Assembly (NCBI GenBank): GCA_964473865.1
Contig: CAYYQN010000005.1
Span: 80,035 to 144,034, forward strand
DNA: 64,000 bases
Direction of reading: 5' to 3'
Source of the DNA: an uncultured bacterium
Lineage (GTDB): Bacteria; Eisenbacteria; RBG-16-71-46; CAIMUX01
The notes under the pieces were generated by a model. It made no database searches and had not been told where the DNA came from. It saw only the letters and a program-made list of their open reading frames with translations. A program made the translations under genes and the position numbers. Below are positions 46,710 through 55,035 of this stretch, one piece after another (position 1 is the stretch's first letter; every line of letters starts with the position of its first letter).

Positions 46710-48983
46710 ATGTCCATGACCCATCCAACCACCCGGCGCCCGGTTTCGTCACTGCGCCGGGTGTGGTTTCAGGCATTCACCGTGATGTTGCTCACGGTGC
46801 CGGCGGTGGTCCGCGCCACCGATTACACCTACTCGTGGGGACATCCACGCCCACAGGGGAACACCGTGTTCGCAATCGCCTTCGCTGACGCCGCTCATGG
46901 CTGGGCGGTCGGTGGGAGCGGCTTCGTTCTCCGCACGCTCGACGGCGGCGAGCACTGGGACCTCCAACACGGTCCGCGGGCGATCGCCTCGGACCTCTTC
47001 GACCTAGTTGTGACGCCATCCGGCGCGCTTCTGGCATGTGGCACGGGCGACGGGCTCTACCGCAGCACCGATGGCGGTGTGACCTGGACGTCGCCCCCAC
47101 ACCCACCGGCCGCCGGCCTGCGCGATCTGGCCATGCGGCCGGACGGCGCCGTCTCGGCGGCGGGGGAGAACGGGGTGGTCCTGCTCTCCGGTGACGACGG
47201 ATTGACCTGGAGCTCGATCGGACCGGGCACCGGCACCATCCGCCACCACGCCTGGCGCACTACCACGGAGGCCTACGTCGTCGGCCAGGGAGTGTCCCAT
47301 CGAACCACGAACACCGGAACGACGTGGACTCAGTTTGTCCCCGAGGAGTTCTTCGGGTACAACGAGGTCTACTTCACCGACGCGCTGCACGGCTATGTGG
47401 TGGAGGATTTCGCCACCTGGAGCACGACCAACGGCGGCGGGTCCTGGGTGGAGGATTTCAACCCGACTCCGCCGCTGTATCGGTATCGGACACTCGTGCT
47501 CTCGCCCGCGCACTGGCTGGTCGTATGTCACGGTGAAGGCGGCGAGCTGTGGGAGACCACGAACGCCGGCACGGATTGGACCGAGCACCTCTTCACTGGA
47601 TCGGTCGGCTTTCCGTGTATCCACCAGGCCCCGGGGGGAAGGGTACACTTCGGGTCCGACACCGGGGATCTGTACCGGACGGACGACCTGGGGCTGACTA
47701 TCGAGAACGCGACGGAGAATCTCGGCGCGGGGGCGATTGGCGCGCGGATTCTCCTCCTGGTGGCGCGTCCCGATGGGGTCTTGTTTTCGGCAAACCAGCC
47801 GTCGAACTTCGGCGAACCGAACGCCTGGCTGCGCAGCGACAATGGTGGCGCCACCTGGTTTCCGCCGGCAGCGTCCCCAGACCTGAATTGGATCATCGAT
47901 GGCGGGTTCTATGACCAACTGCGCGGCGTGACCGGGGAGTACGAAGAGACCCGCGCCACACTCGACGGCGGCAAGACCTGGGTGCCGGGCACGCTGCCGG
48001 CCGGCTACCGGCTCTCCCGGTTCGCCCTGCCGGCAGCCGATCGTTACTTCGCGGCGGCTTACGGCACCAGCGGCGGAGGCGCGGTCTTCCGCAGCACTGA
48101 CGGGGGCCTGATCTGGAATCCGGCCGGCGGAGGATTGCCCCTGGGCCCGGAGACGTTCTTCGACATCGCCTTCCCGTCGCCTGCAGTCGGATTCGCCGGC
48201 GGGATGAACGCGGCTCAGCAACCGCGTCTCTACCGCACGCTGGATGGTGGGGTCAGCTGGACCCTGCTATCCCCCGCCGGGCTGACCGCTCCGATCCGGG
48301 CGATGACCTGGTTCGACACCCAGATCGGGGTCATCTCCCAGGGGTACCCGGAAGAGGAAGTCCTTCGCACCACGAATGGAGGACTCACCTGGACACCGGT
48401 CCTGGCGGCTCGTCCCATTCGCTTCGTCCGGCGGGGCACACTCGAAGCCGTGGCGATCGAGAGCTACACCAGCGCGTTCCTGCACACCGCGGACGGCGGC
48501 GCAACCTGGGAGGCGATCCAGCCCCCTCTGAGCGGACCGTTTCCCGGGTCCTCGGATATCTGCACCGCGGCGGCGCCGGTGAGCGAAGGATGGGTGCTCG
48601 GGGGCGGACGCAACCGGCTGTTGCGGGCGATCGAGGAATCCCCCGCGTCAACTCCGGGACTTCCGCCCGAGGACCGGGCCGCGGATGTCGCAAGGAGCGG
48701 TCCGACGCTAAACGCGTCGCCGAACCCGTTCCGCCCCGAGTCCGGGAACGACTTGTCGCTCCGCTTCGACCTGCGGACCGCGGGTGAGGTCCGTCTGGAG
48801 ATGTGCGACATTGCGGGTCGCCAGGTGCGCGAGGTAATTCAGGGACGCCGGGAGGCCGGAGAGCACCGGGCCTTCTGGGACGGCCGGGATGACGATGGCC
48901 GCCTGGTTACGGCGGGCGTGTACTTCGCGAAGCTGGCCGGCGAGGCCGGCGAGAACGCCGTTCGGATCGTGCGCGTGCGATGA
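46710..48983 (+). CDS. YCF48/BNR (Asp-box) repeat beta-propeller protein with FlgD-Ig C-terminal domain
   Basis: ATG 46710 is 7 nt after GAGGAG; signal peptide; about 13 [ST].D/NGG..W boxes; C-terminal ASPNPF...WDGRDDDG...GVYFAKL. Confidence 0.88.
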   Translation: MSMTHPTTRRPVSSLRRVWFQAFTVMLLTVPAVVRATDYTYSWGHPRPQGNTVFAIAFADAAHGWAVGGSGFVLRTLDGGEHWDLQHGPRAIASDLFDLVVTPSGALLACGTGDGLYRSTDGGVTWTSPPHPPAAGLRDLAMRPDGAVSAAGENGVVLLSGDDGLTWSSIGPGTGTIRHHAWRTTTEAYVVGQGVSHRTTNTGTTWTQFVPEEFFGYNEVYFTDALHGYVVEDFATWSTTNGGGSWVEDFNPTPPLYRYRTLVLSPAHWLVVCHGEGGELWETTNAGTDWTEHLFTGSVGFPCIHQAPGGRVHFGSDTGDLYRTDDLGLTIENATENLGAGAIGARILLLVARPDGVLFSANQPSNFGEPNAWLRSDNGGATWFPPAASPDLNWIIDGGFYDQLRGVTGEYEETRATLDGGKTWVPGTLPAGYRLSRFALPAADRYFAAAYGTSGGGAVFRSTDGGLIWNPAGGGLPLGPETFFDIAFPSPAVGFAGGMNAAQQPRLYRTLDGGVSWTLLSPAGLTAPIRAMTWFDTQIGVISQGYPEEEVLRTTNGGLTWTPVLAARPIRFVRRGTLEAVAIESYTSAFLHTADGGATWEAIQPPLSGPFPGSSDICTAAAPVSEGWVLGGGRNRLLRAIEESPASTPGLPPEDRAADVARSGPTLNASPNPFRPESGNDLSLRFDLRTAGEVRLEMCDIAGRQVREVIQGRREAGEHRAFWDGRDDDGRLVTAGVYFAKLAGEAGENAVRIVRVR

Positions 48984-49257
48984 CCGGGTACGATGCGGTC
49001 CGGCCGGGCCGTGAAGGAGTCGGCCGGCCGCATCTGCGGCGCTGGTTGCTCCGCCGCGGCGTGTGACGCGTGGCGCATGGCGGCCATGGCGCAGCCGGAG
49101 TTGCCGGAGCCTGCTCCTCAGGGTGGGGGTCGGCCCGGGCCCGTCCGGCGCGTGACCTGTGGAGAGATGGAGCGAGCCCGGGCCCCTGGACTATGATCCG
49201 GGCGATGAACCGCAGACCTGTCCTTCTCCCAAGCCGTCGAAGCGGCCCCGGTGCAAG

Positions 49258-49740
49258 ATGCGAATGAAGTTGCCATTCCCGCCTCGCATCTTCCCGGTGG
49301 CGATCTACGCCTCCGCCATGGGCTGGCTGGAAGCGGTCGTCGTCGTCTACATCCGGGGACTGCTCGGTCTGCCCCGCGGCGGGACGCCGCCGCCGCCCGA
49401 GCTCCTGATGCGCAAGCTCGCCGAGCTGCCGTGGCTCATGTCCACCGAGCAGGGCCGCGAGGCCGCCACGTTGCTCATGCTGGCCGCGGTCGGATGGCTC
49501 GCCGGCCGCTCGGGGCGAGGCCGGCTGGGCGCCTTCCTTGTGGCGTTTGGGGTGTGGGACCTCACCTACTACGCAGCGTTGCGGATCCTGCTGCATTGGC
49601 CGCCCAGTCTCGGCACGATGGACCTGCTCTTCCTGATCCCCCCGAGTCCCCTCTGGAACCAGCCGGTCTGGGTGCCGATGTCGATCTCGTGCGTGATGAT
49701 CGGGTGCGGCTGGGCCCTGATGAGGCGCGACCCCGCGTGA
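49258..49740 (+). CDS. Conserved integral membrane protein
   Basis: Four hydrophobic helices; MGWLEAVVVVYIR, EQGREAATLLML, WDLTYY, DLLFLIP...PV; start 49258 or 49264. Confidence 0.75.
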   Translation: MRMKLPFPPRIFPVAIYASAMGWLEAVVVVYIRGLLGLPRGGTPPPPELLMRKLAELPWLMSTEQGREAATLLMLAAVGWLAGRSGRGRLGAFLVAFGVWDLTYYAALRILLHWPPSLGTMDLLFLIPPSPLWNQPVWVPMSISCVMIGCGWALMRRDPA

Positions 49741-49756
49741 GACAGAGGGAGCGGCG

Positions 49757-50755
49757 ATGAGACGGGATACCGGACCCGCTTCCGGCGAGGCAAAGCCGGT
49801 TCCCGCCTCCCCTCATTCCTCCCATGGGCTTGTCTTCACCGTGATGTTCCTGCTCTTCGTCGTCTGGTCGAACTCCTTTCACGCCGTGACCTACTTCCGC
49901 ACCGGCGTGAAAGTCTCGGCCTTCGACCTGGTGACGATGCGGTTCGGCCCGGTGGCGCTCTTCTGCATCCTCTACTGCCTCTGGCGCCGGCGCGAGACGC
50001 TCGCCATCCTCCGCCGCGACGGCCTGCGCGTCGTGCTCATGGCACTGTGCCTGGTCCCCAGCTACAACCTCGCCCTCAACTGGGGGCAAGGACGGGTGCC
50101 GCCGGCCACGGCGAGTCTGATCATCGCGATGAACCCGGTCTTCACGCTCCTTCTGGCCGTCGCGTTCCTGGGTGAGCGCCTCCGATGGAACAAGGTTCTC
50201 GGGTTCCTGGTGGCGTTTCTCGGCGTCTACCTTCTGGTGCGCGAGCAGCGCGGTTCCTTCGGGAGCGGCTATGAGCTCTACGCGCTGGTGGTGCTCCTGG
50301 CGCCCCTGTCCTGGGCGATCGCCTCCGTGGCGGGCAAGCCGGCCACGGCCCGCACCGACCCGATGCTCCTCAGCACTGTCGCCACCGGCCTGGGCAGCCT
50401 GCCGTTCCTCGGTACGATGATCCTGGGCACCGGGGGCGTGCACGAAGTCCTGCGCAACCTCACTCTCACCGGCTGGGCTGCGTTGATTCACCTCTCGGTA
50501 CTCTGCACCATCCTGGGATTCGCCGCGTTCTTCTGGGCCCTGGGGAAACTGCCGGCTTCCACGGTCGCGGCGTTCGTCTTCCTGAATCCGCCTCTGACCG
50601 CGGCGTTCGGCACCCTCTGGAAGACGGAGGCGTTTCACTGGAGCACGGTGGTATTCGGGTCCCTGACGCTGGCCGGGGTCGCGCTCAGCTCCGGCGTGCT
50701 CACGCGCAGACTCCGCCCGTCAGGCTCGCGGGGGGCCGCCCTGCCGCCGGAGTAG
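49757..50755 (+). CDS. DMT/EamA-family transporter
   Basis: Ten TM helices in two EamA repeats (MNPVFTLLLAVAFLGERL; FLNPPLTAAFG). Confidence 0.9.
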   Translation: MRRDTGPASGEAKPVPASPHSSHGLVFTVMFLLFVVWSNSFHAVTYFRTGVKVSAFDLVTMRFGPVALFCILYCLWRRRETLAILRRDGLRVVLMALCLVPSYNLALNWGQGRVPPATASLIIAMNPVFTLLLAVAFLGERLRWNKVLGFLVAFLGVYLLVREQRGSFGSGYELYALVVLLAPLSWAIASVAGKPATARTDPMLLSTVATGLGSLPFLGTMILGTGGVHEVLRNLTLTGWAALIHLSVLCTILGFAAFFWALGKLPASTVAAFVFLNPPLTAAFGTLWKTEAFHWSTVVFGSLTLAGVALSSGVLTRRLRPSGSRGAALPPE

Positions 50756-50868
50756 CGAAGGCCCCGCCGTCACCGATTCAGAAGAAGCCGGCCGCCGCGA
50801 CGCCGCGACGCCACCGGGTGGGCGGGGGTCACGAACGGAAAGCCACGCCTCCACCGGTCCCGCGGGGA

Positions 50869-51594
50869 TCACGGACGGAGAGCCGCGCCGCCACCGGGTC
50901 CGAGAGGCGCGCGACCGGGAAACAGCGCCGCAACCGGAGCGAGGCTCGGCGAGCGCACCACCGCGTGCGCGATCGACTCCAGCTCGGCGCACTTCGGGTT
51001 GAACGCCACCGTGAATCCCGCCACGCGGGCAACACCCAGGTCGTTCACGTTGTCTCCGACAAAGGCGCAACGAGAGAGCGGCAAGCCGTGGCGGCGGGCG
51101 AGGTGATCGAGCGCGCGGGCCTTGCCGTCCATGTCGAACGGCGTCGCGCGCCAGCCGGTGAGCCGTCCCGCGGCGTCGAATTCGAGGCCGTTGGTGTACA
51201 CCTCGCAGAACGGGTGCTCGGGAAAGAACGCGTCGATGACAACATCGAGCGTCCCGGAAATGACGGCAAGCAGATAGCCCCGATCGCGCAGCTCCTGCAG
51301 GACTTCGGCCGCGTGATCCACCCGCCGAAGCGCCTGCACCTCGGCCATGATCTCGAACCGCGTAGCCCCGGCCTCGATCCACCCCCCGACATCGAGGGCG
51401 ACCCAGGTGGGATAGTCGATGACACCCGCCCGGTAGTCATGGTACCGCTGGTGGTTCATCCGATCGTCGCCCATGAAGCGCCGGTTCAGAAGCTCCCAGA
51501 TGACCTTACCGTCGGGGTGGTCTACCAGGGTGCCGTCGACGTCAAAGGCAATGAGTTCGATGCCTTCGCCGTGGCCGTTGGATGCAGGGCGCAT
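50869..51594 (-). CDS. HAD-superfamily phosphatase (phosphoserine phosphatase-like, IB)
   Basis: Motif I FDVDGTL; motif II ISG; motif III K (GKARAL); motif IV VGDNVND. Confidence 0.85.
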   Translation of the reverse strand: MRPASNGHGEGIELIAFDVDGTLVDHPDGKVIWELLNRRFMGDDRMNHQRYHDYRAGVIDYPTWVALDVGGWIEAGATRFEIMAEVQALRRVDHAAEVLQELRDRGYLLAVISGTLDVVIDAFFPEHPFCEVYTNGLEFDAAGRLTGWRATPFDMDGKARALDHLARRHGLPLSRCAFVGDNVNDLGVARVAGFTVAFNPKCAELESIAHAVVRSPSLAPVAALFPGRAPLGPGGGAALRP

Positions 51595-51720
51595 GGTCTC
51601 TCCGGGGGATCGGCGCCGGCCTGATTCCGGGCTCCTTGCCCGCATCAGCCATCCTTGGAGTCATAGCATCCGAGGCGCCCGATCCCAAGCGAGGAGTCAG
51701 GCGCGACCGGCAGCCGGGGT

Positions 51721-52623
51721 TCAAGTGTTCGGAGCCAGACGCGAGAGCCGGCGGAGAAGCGCCAGGTTCCGCCGGTCGGCATTCCCTTCCTTCGGCGTCT
51801 CGAGGACCATTGGCACGGCCCGAAACGCCGGATCCCGGAGGAAGAACCCGAACGGCTTCGATCCGATCCGCCCCCGGCCGATGTGCGCGTGGCGATCGAC
51901 GCGACAGCCGAGTTCCTTCACGCAGTCGTTGAGGTGAAACCATCCCACCCGCTCGAGGCCGATCAGAAGGCGGAGTTGCTCGCGGAGTTCGGCGTACGCC
52001 TCCGGGGTGCGGAAGTCGTAGCCTGCGGCAAAGAGGTGGCAGGTGTCGAGACAGACGCCGACGCGCGGGTCGCCGTCGCAGCGGTCGACCAACTCGGCCA
52101 GGTGCTCGAGGCGGTAGCCGAGGCCGCTCCCCTGTCCCGCCGTGCTCTCCACCAACAGGCGAGTCCGGTACCCGGCCGTGGCCCGGAGCGTCTCCCGCAT
52201 CGCCTCGGCCACCCACCGCAGCCCTTCCGCCTCTCCCGCCCCCAGGTGCGCGCCGGGATGAAACACCAGCCGCGGGATTCGCAAGGCCTCGCAGCGCTCC
52301 ACCTCATCGATGAAGGCCCGCCGGGATTTCACCCGCAGCGGCCGTCGGGGCGAGGCGAGGTTGATGAGATAAGAGTCGTGCACCGCGGCTGCGAACGGCC
52401 CCAGGCGCGCATCCGCATCGAGGTATTGCCGGATCGACACCGCATCGAGCGGCTTCACCTTCCACTGGTTCGGACTCGCGGTGAAGAGCTGCACCGCGCC
52501 GCATTGATGGCGGGCGGAGGCCTCCAAGGCGTGGTGCAAGCCGCCCGCAATCGACATATGCGCGCCGAGGAACGGATGCCAGGAGGCCGTTTCCACGATC
52601 AAGCGTTCGTCTCCCGGCACCAT
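51721..52623 (-). CDS. nfo: Endonuclease IV (AP endonuclease)
   Basis: GAHMSIAGG, VQLF, HDSYLINL, FHPG, ESTAG, CLDTCH, HLND, DRHAHIG, LETP; exact start uncertain. Confidence 0.93.
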   Translation of the reverse strand: MVPGDERLIVETASWHPFLGAHMSIAGGLHHALEASARHQCGAVQLFTASPNQWKVKPLDAVSIRQYLDADARLGPFAAAVHDSYLINLASPRRPLRVKSRRAFIDEVERCEALRIPRLVFHPGAHLGAGEAEGLRWVAEAMRETLRATAGYRTRLLVESTAGQGSGLGYRLEHLAELVDRCDGDPRVGVCLDTCHLFAAGYDFRTPEAYAELREQLRLLIGLERVGWFHLNDCVKELGCRVDRHAHIGRGRIGSKPFGFFLRDPAFRAVPMVLETPKEGNADRRNLALLRRLSRLAPNT

Positions 52624-53066
52624 GGACAATCGCGCCACCGGTCGTTCTGTACGGATCGGTTTCGGGTCCCGCATGGATGCATGGTAGAGCAAGACAAACT
52701 CCCGTTCACCCTGCGACAGCAGATGTCCGACCGTAGGCGGCATGATTCCTCCGTGGTTGGCGCCGGGGCGAGGCACCGCTCACTCCACCGTGGTGCGCGG
52801 ACGCGCAAGCCGACCGTATCGATCGCCTCGCCCGGCGCACGACCGCGCCTCCTTTGGACGCCACCGGCGGGGCGGACGCGGCCCCGCGAGAGATCGAGCC
52901 ACGACCGCGCCACCGTTCGACACTGCCGGCGGGGCGGACGCGCAGGAGATGGAGCGACAACCGCGCCCTCGCGGGATGCTGCCGTGGGCTGCGGGCCGGC
53001 GATTGGTCCGTGCTATCTTCCATCGGACGCGGACAGACCCGACCCGACGACGAAGGGAAGCGCGCT

Positions 53067-54857
53067 TTGGACGACGCGACTCTGCAACAGGCGACCCGGG
53101 ACCTCGCCCGGCGGCTGCGCGCGCCGGCGCGCGTGGCGGCGGTGGAGGCCGCCCCGCGGCGGCTGTCGCTGCTGTTGGAGTGGGCGGAGCCGAGCACGCG
53201 TCAGCGGCTGGTCCTCGATGTCGACCCGGCCCATGCCACCCTCCACCTGACCCCGGCGGGTCGCGAGCCGGCGGTGGCTTCGACCGGCGGGTTTGGCGGA
53301 GGACTACCGGGGCTGTTCCTCGCGGCCGTGGAGGAGGCGGGCGAACCCCGGCTCCTGCGATTCCGCTTCATCCCTCCCCCGCGGGCGGAAGCGACGGAGC
53401 CGCGCATCCTGGTCGCCGAGTGGACCGGCGCCAGCGGAAACCTGCGTCTTCTCGACTCGGACGACACGGTCCTGGAGTGCGGCCTCCCCCGCGGGCCGCG
53501 TCCCGGCGAACCCTGGCGACCGCCGCACCGGCGCGATACCGCCTCCGGGGCCTCGGCCTCCCGCCGGAGCACGGACACCGGGCCTGCGGACCGCGCAGCT
53601 CGCCGGGATGTGGGTGTCAGGCCCGAGACCGGGAGTCCGGTTTCGTCCGGGCTTCAACAGGGACCGGTCGCGGGTCCGGAGGCGCCGGGGACGGGATTCG
53701 ATCCGGCGGCTTTTCACGCGGAGCTGGCCCGGTCCCATATGTTGGCCCTCGCCCGGGCCGAGGCGGACGAGCGGCGGCGCCTCTATCAGCGCTCTCTCCA
53801 GACGGAGACACGGCGACTGGTGCGCCTGCGCGACAACCTGCTCCGCGAGCGCGTCGATCCGGAGTTCGGACCGCGCCTGCGCCGGGGCGCCGAGGCGATC
53901 CTGGGGCACCTGCACGAGGTGAAGAAGGGCGACACCCGATTCGAATGTGCCGACTGGGTCCGCGATGGAGAGATGCTGGTTGTGGAGCTCGACCCGGCCC
54001 GGACGCCGGTGCAAAACGCCGAAGCGGCGTTTCGGCGAGCCCGGCGCTGGGACCGCGGCGAGCCGCATCGCCGGCGTCGACTCGTGGCGATCGATTCGGC
54101 GGTTGCGCGGCTCTCCGCCCTGGAGGTGAAGATCCGGGACGCCGCGGCGCCACCGGGCGAGATCTCATTCGCGCGTCAACTCGATGAAGCGCTGGGGATC
54201 TTCCGCCGGGCGAGGGGAACGGCGTCGGACCGGGCCGCGGGCGTTGCCGGCGGTACGAGGCGGGGCCGGGCCGGGGCCGCGGAACCAGGAGAGGCTGCCG
54301 TTGGTGGGAGAGAGCGCGGCGGCCAGCCCGCGGGAGCCGCCGTACGCCGGGGCGGTCCGGCCGGCGCCCGGGGACGCAGCGGGGGCGGTTCAGCCGGCGC
54401 GGGCGGCGGCGTGACCATCCCCGAGTCGCCCCGCGAGCGCCGCGATCGAAAGGAGGGGGGCGGCTTTCATCCACGCTCCTACCAGACGAAGGACGGCTGG
54501 ACCGTGCTCGTGGGCCGCTCCAATCAGGAGAACGACTACCTCACCCACCGCCTGGCGCACCCCGAAGACTACTGGTTCCACGCGCACGGAGTGCCGGGCA
54601 GCCATGTCGTGTTGCGGCGCGAGGGACGGAAGGACAATCCAAGCGCCAAGACGGTCGAAGAGGCCGCTGCCATCGCGGCGTTTTTCAGCAAGGCCCGGCA
54701 TTCCTCGAAGGCCCCGGTGATCTACACCCTCAGGAAGTACGTACGCAAGCCGCGTGGCGCCAAGGCGGGCCTCGCGGTGTGCCAGCGCGAGAAGTCGATC
54801 ATGGTGATGCCGAAGGACCCGGGTGAAGGCCGAGAGCCGGAGTGGATGGAGGAGTAG
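53067..54857 (+). CDS. rqcH: NFACT-family ribosome quality-control protein (RqcH/FbpA)
   Basis: TTG start giving MDDATL; LVAEWTG..GNL.L.D; coiled coil; VELDP..TP.QNAE..FRRARR; NFACT-R VLVGRSNQENDYLT...YWFHAHGVPGSHVVL. Confidence 0.88.
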   Translation: MDDATLQQATRDLARRLRAPARVAAVEAAPRRLSLLLEWAEPSTRQRLVLDVDPAHATLHLTPAGREPAVASTGGFGGGLPGLFLAAVEEAGEPRLLRFRFIPPPRAEATEPRILVAEWTGASGNLRLLDSDDTVLECGLPRGPRPGEPWRPPHRRDTASGASASRRSTDTGPADRAARRDVGVRPETGSPVSSGLQQGPVAGPEAPGTGFDPAAFHAELARSHMLALARAEADERRRLYQRSLQTETRRLVRLRDNLLRERVDPEFGPRLRRGAEAILGHLHEVKKGDTRFECADWVRDGEMLVVELDPARTPVQNAEAAFRRARRWDRGEPHRRRRLVAIDSAVARLSALEVKIRDAAAPPGEISFARQLDEALGIFRRARGTASDRAAGVAGGTRRGRAGAAEPGEAAVGGRERGGQPAGAAVRRGGPAGARGRSGGGSAGAGGGVTIPESPRERRDRKEGGGFHPRSYQTKDGWTVLVGRSNQENDYLTHRLAHPEDYWFHAHGVPGSHVVLRREGRKDNPSAKTVEEAAAIAAFFSKARHSSKAPVIYTLRKYVRKPRGAKAGLAVCQREKSIMVMPKDPGEGREPEWMEE

Positions 54858-55035
54858 CCGCCGACCGCACGCCGCCCGAAACCTTCGGGTCGGCGGCCCC
54901 GACCTCACCATCCGTCGTCGCCCGCCGTCCACGACGCGCCGTAGCGTCGCCATCATCCTCACGTCCCGATCGGCTGGCGCGTGAGGGCCGGCCGGAGAGC
55001 CGGTGCCCTCGTCTCACCCCTCTGCGGACCACAGT

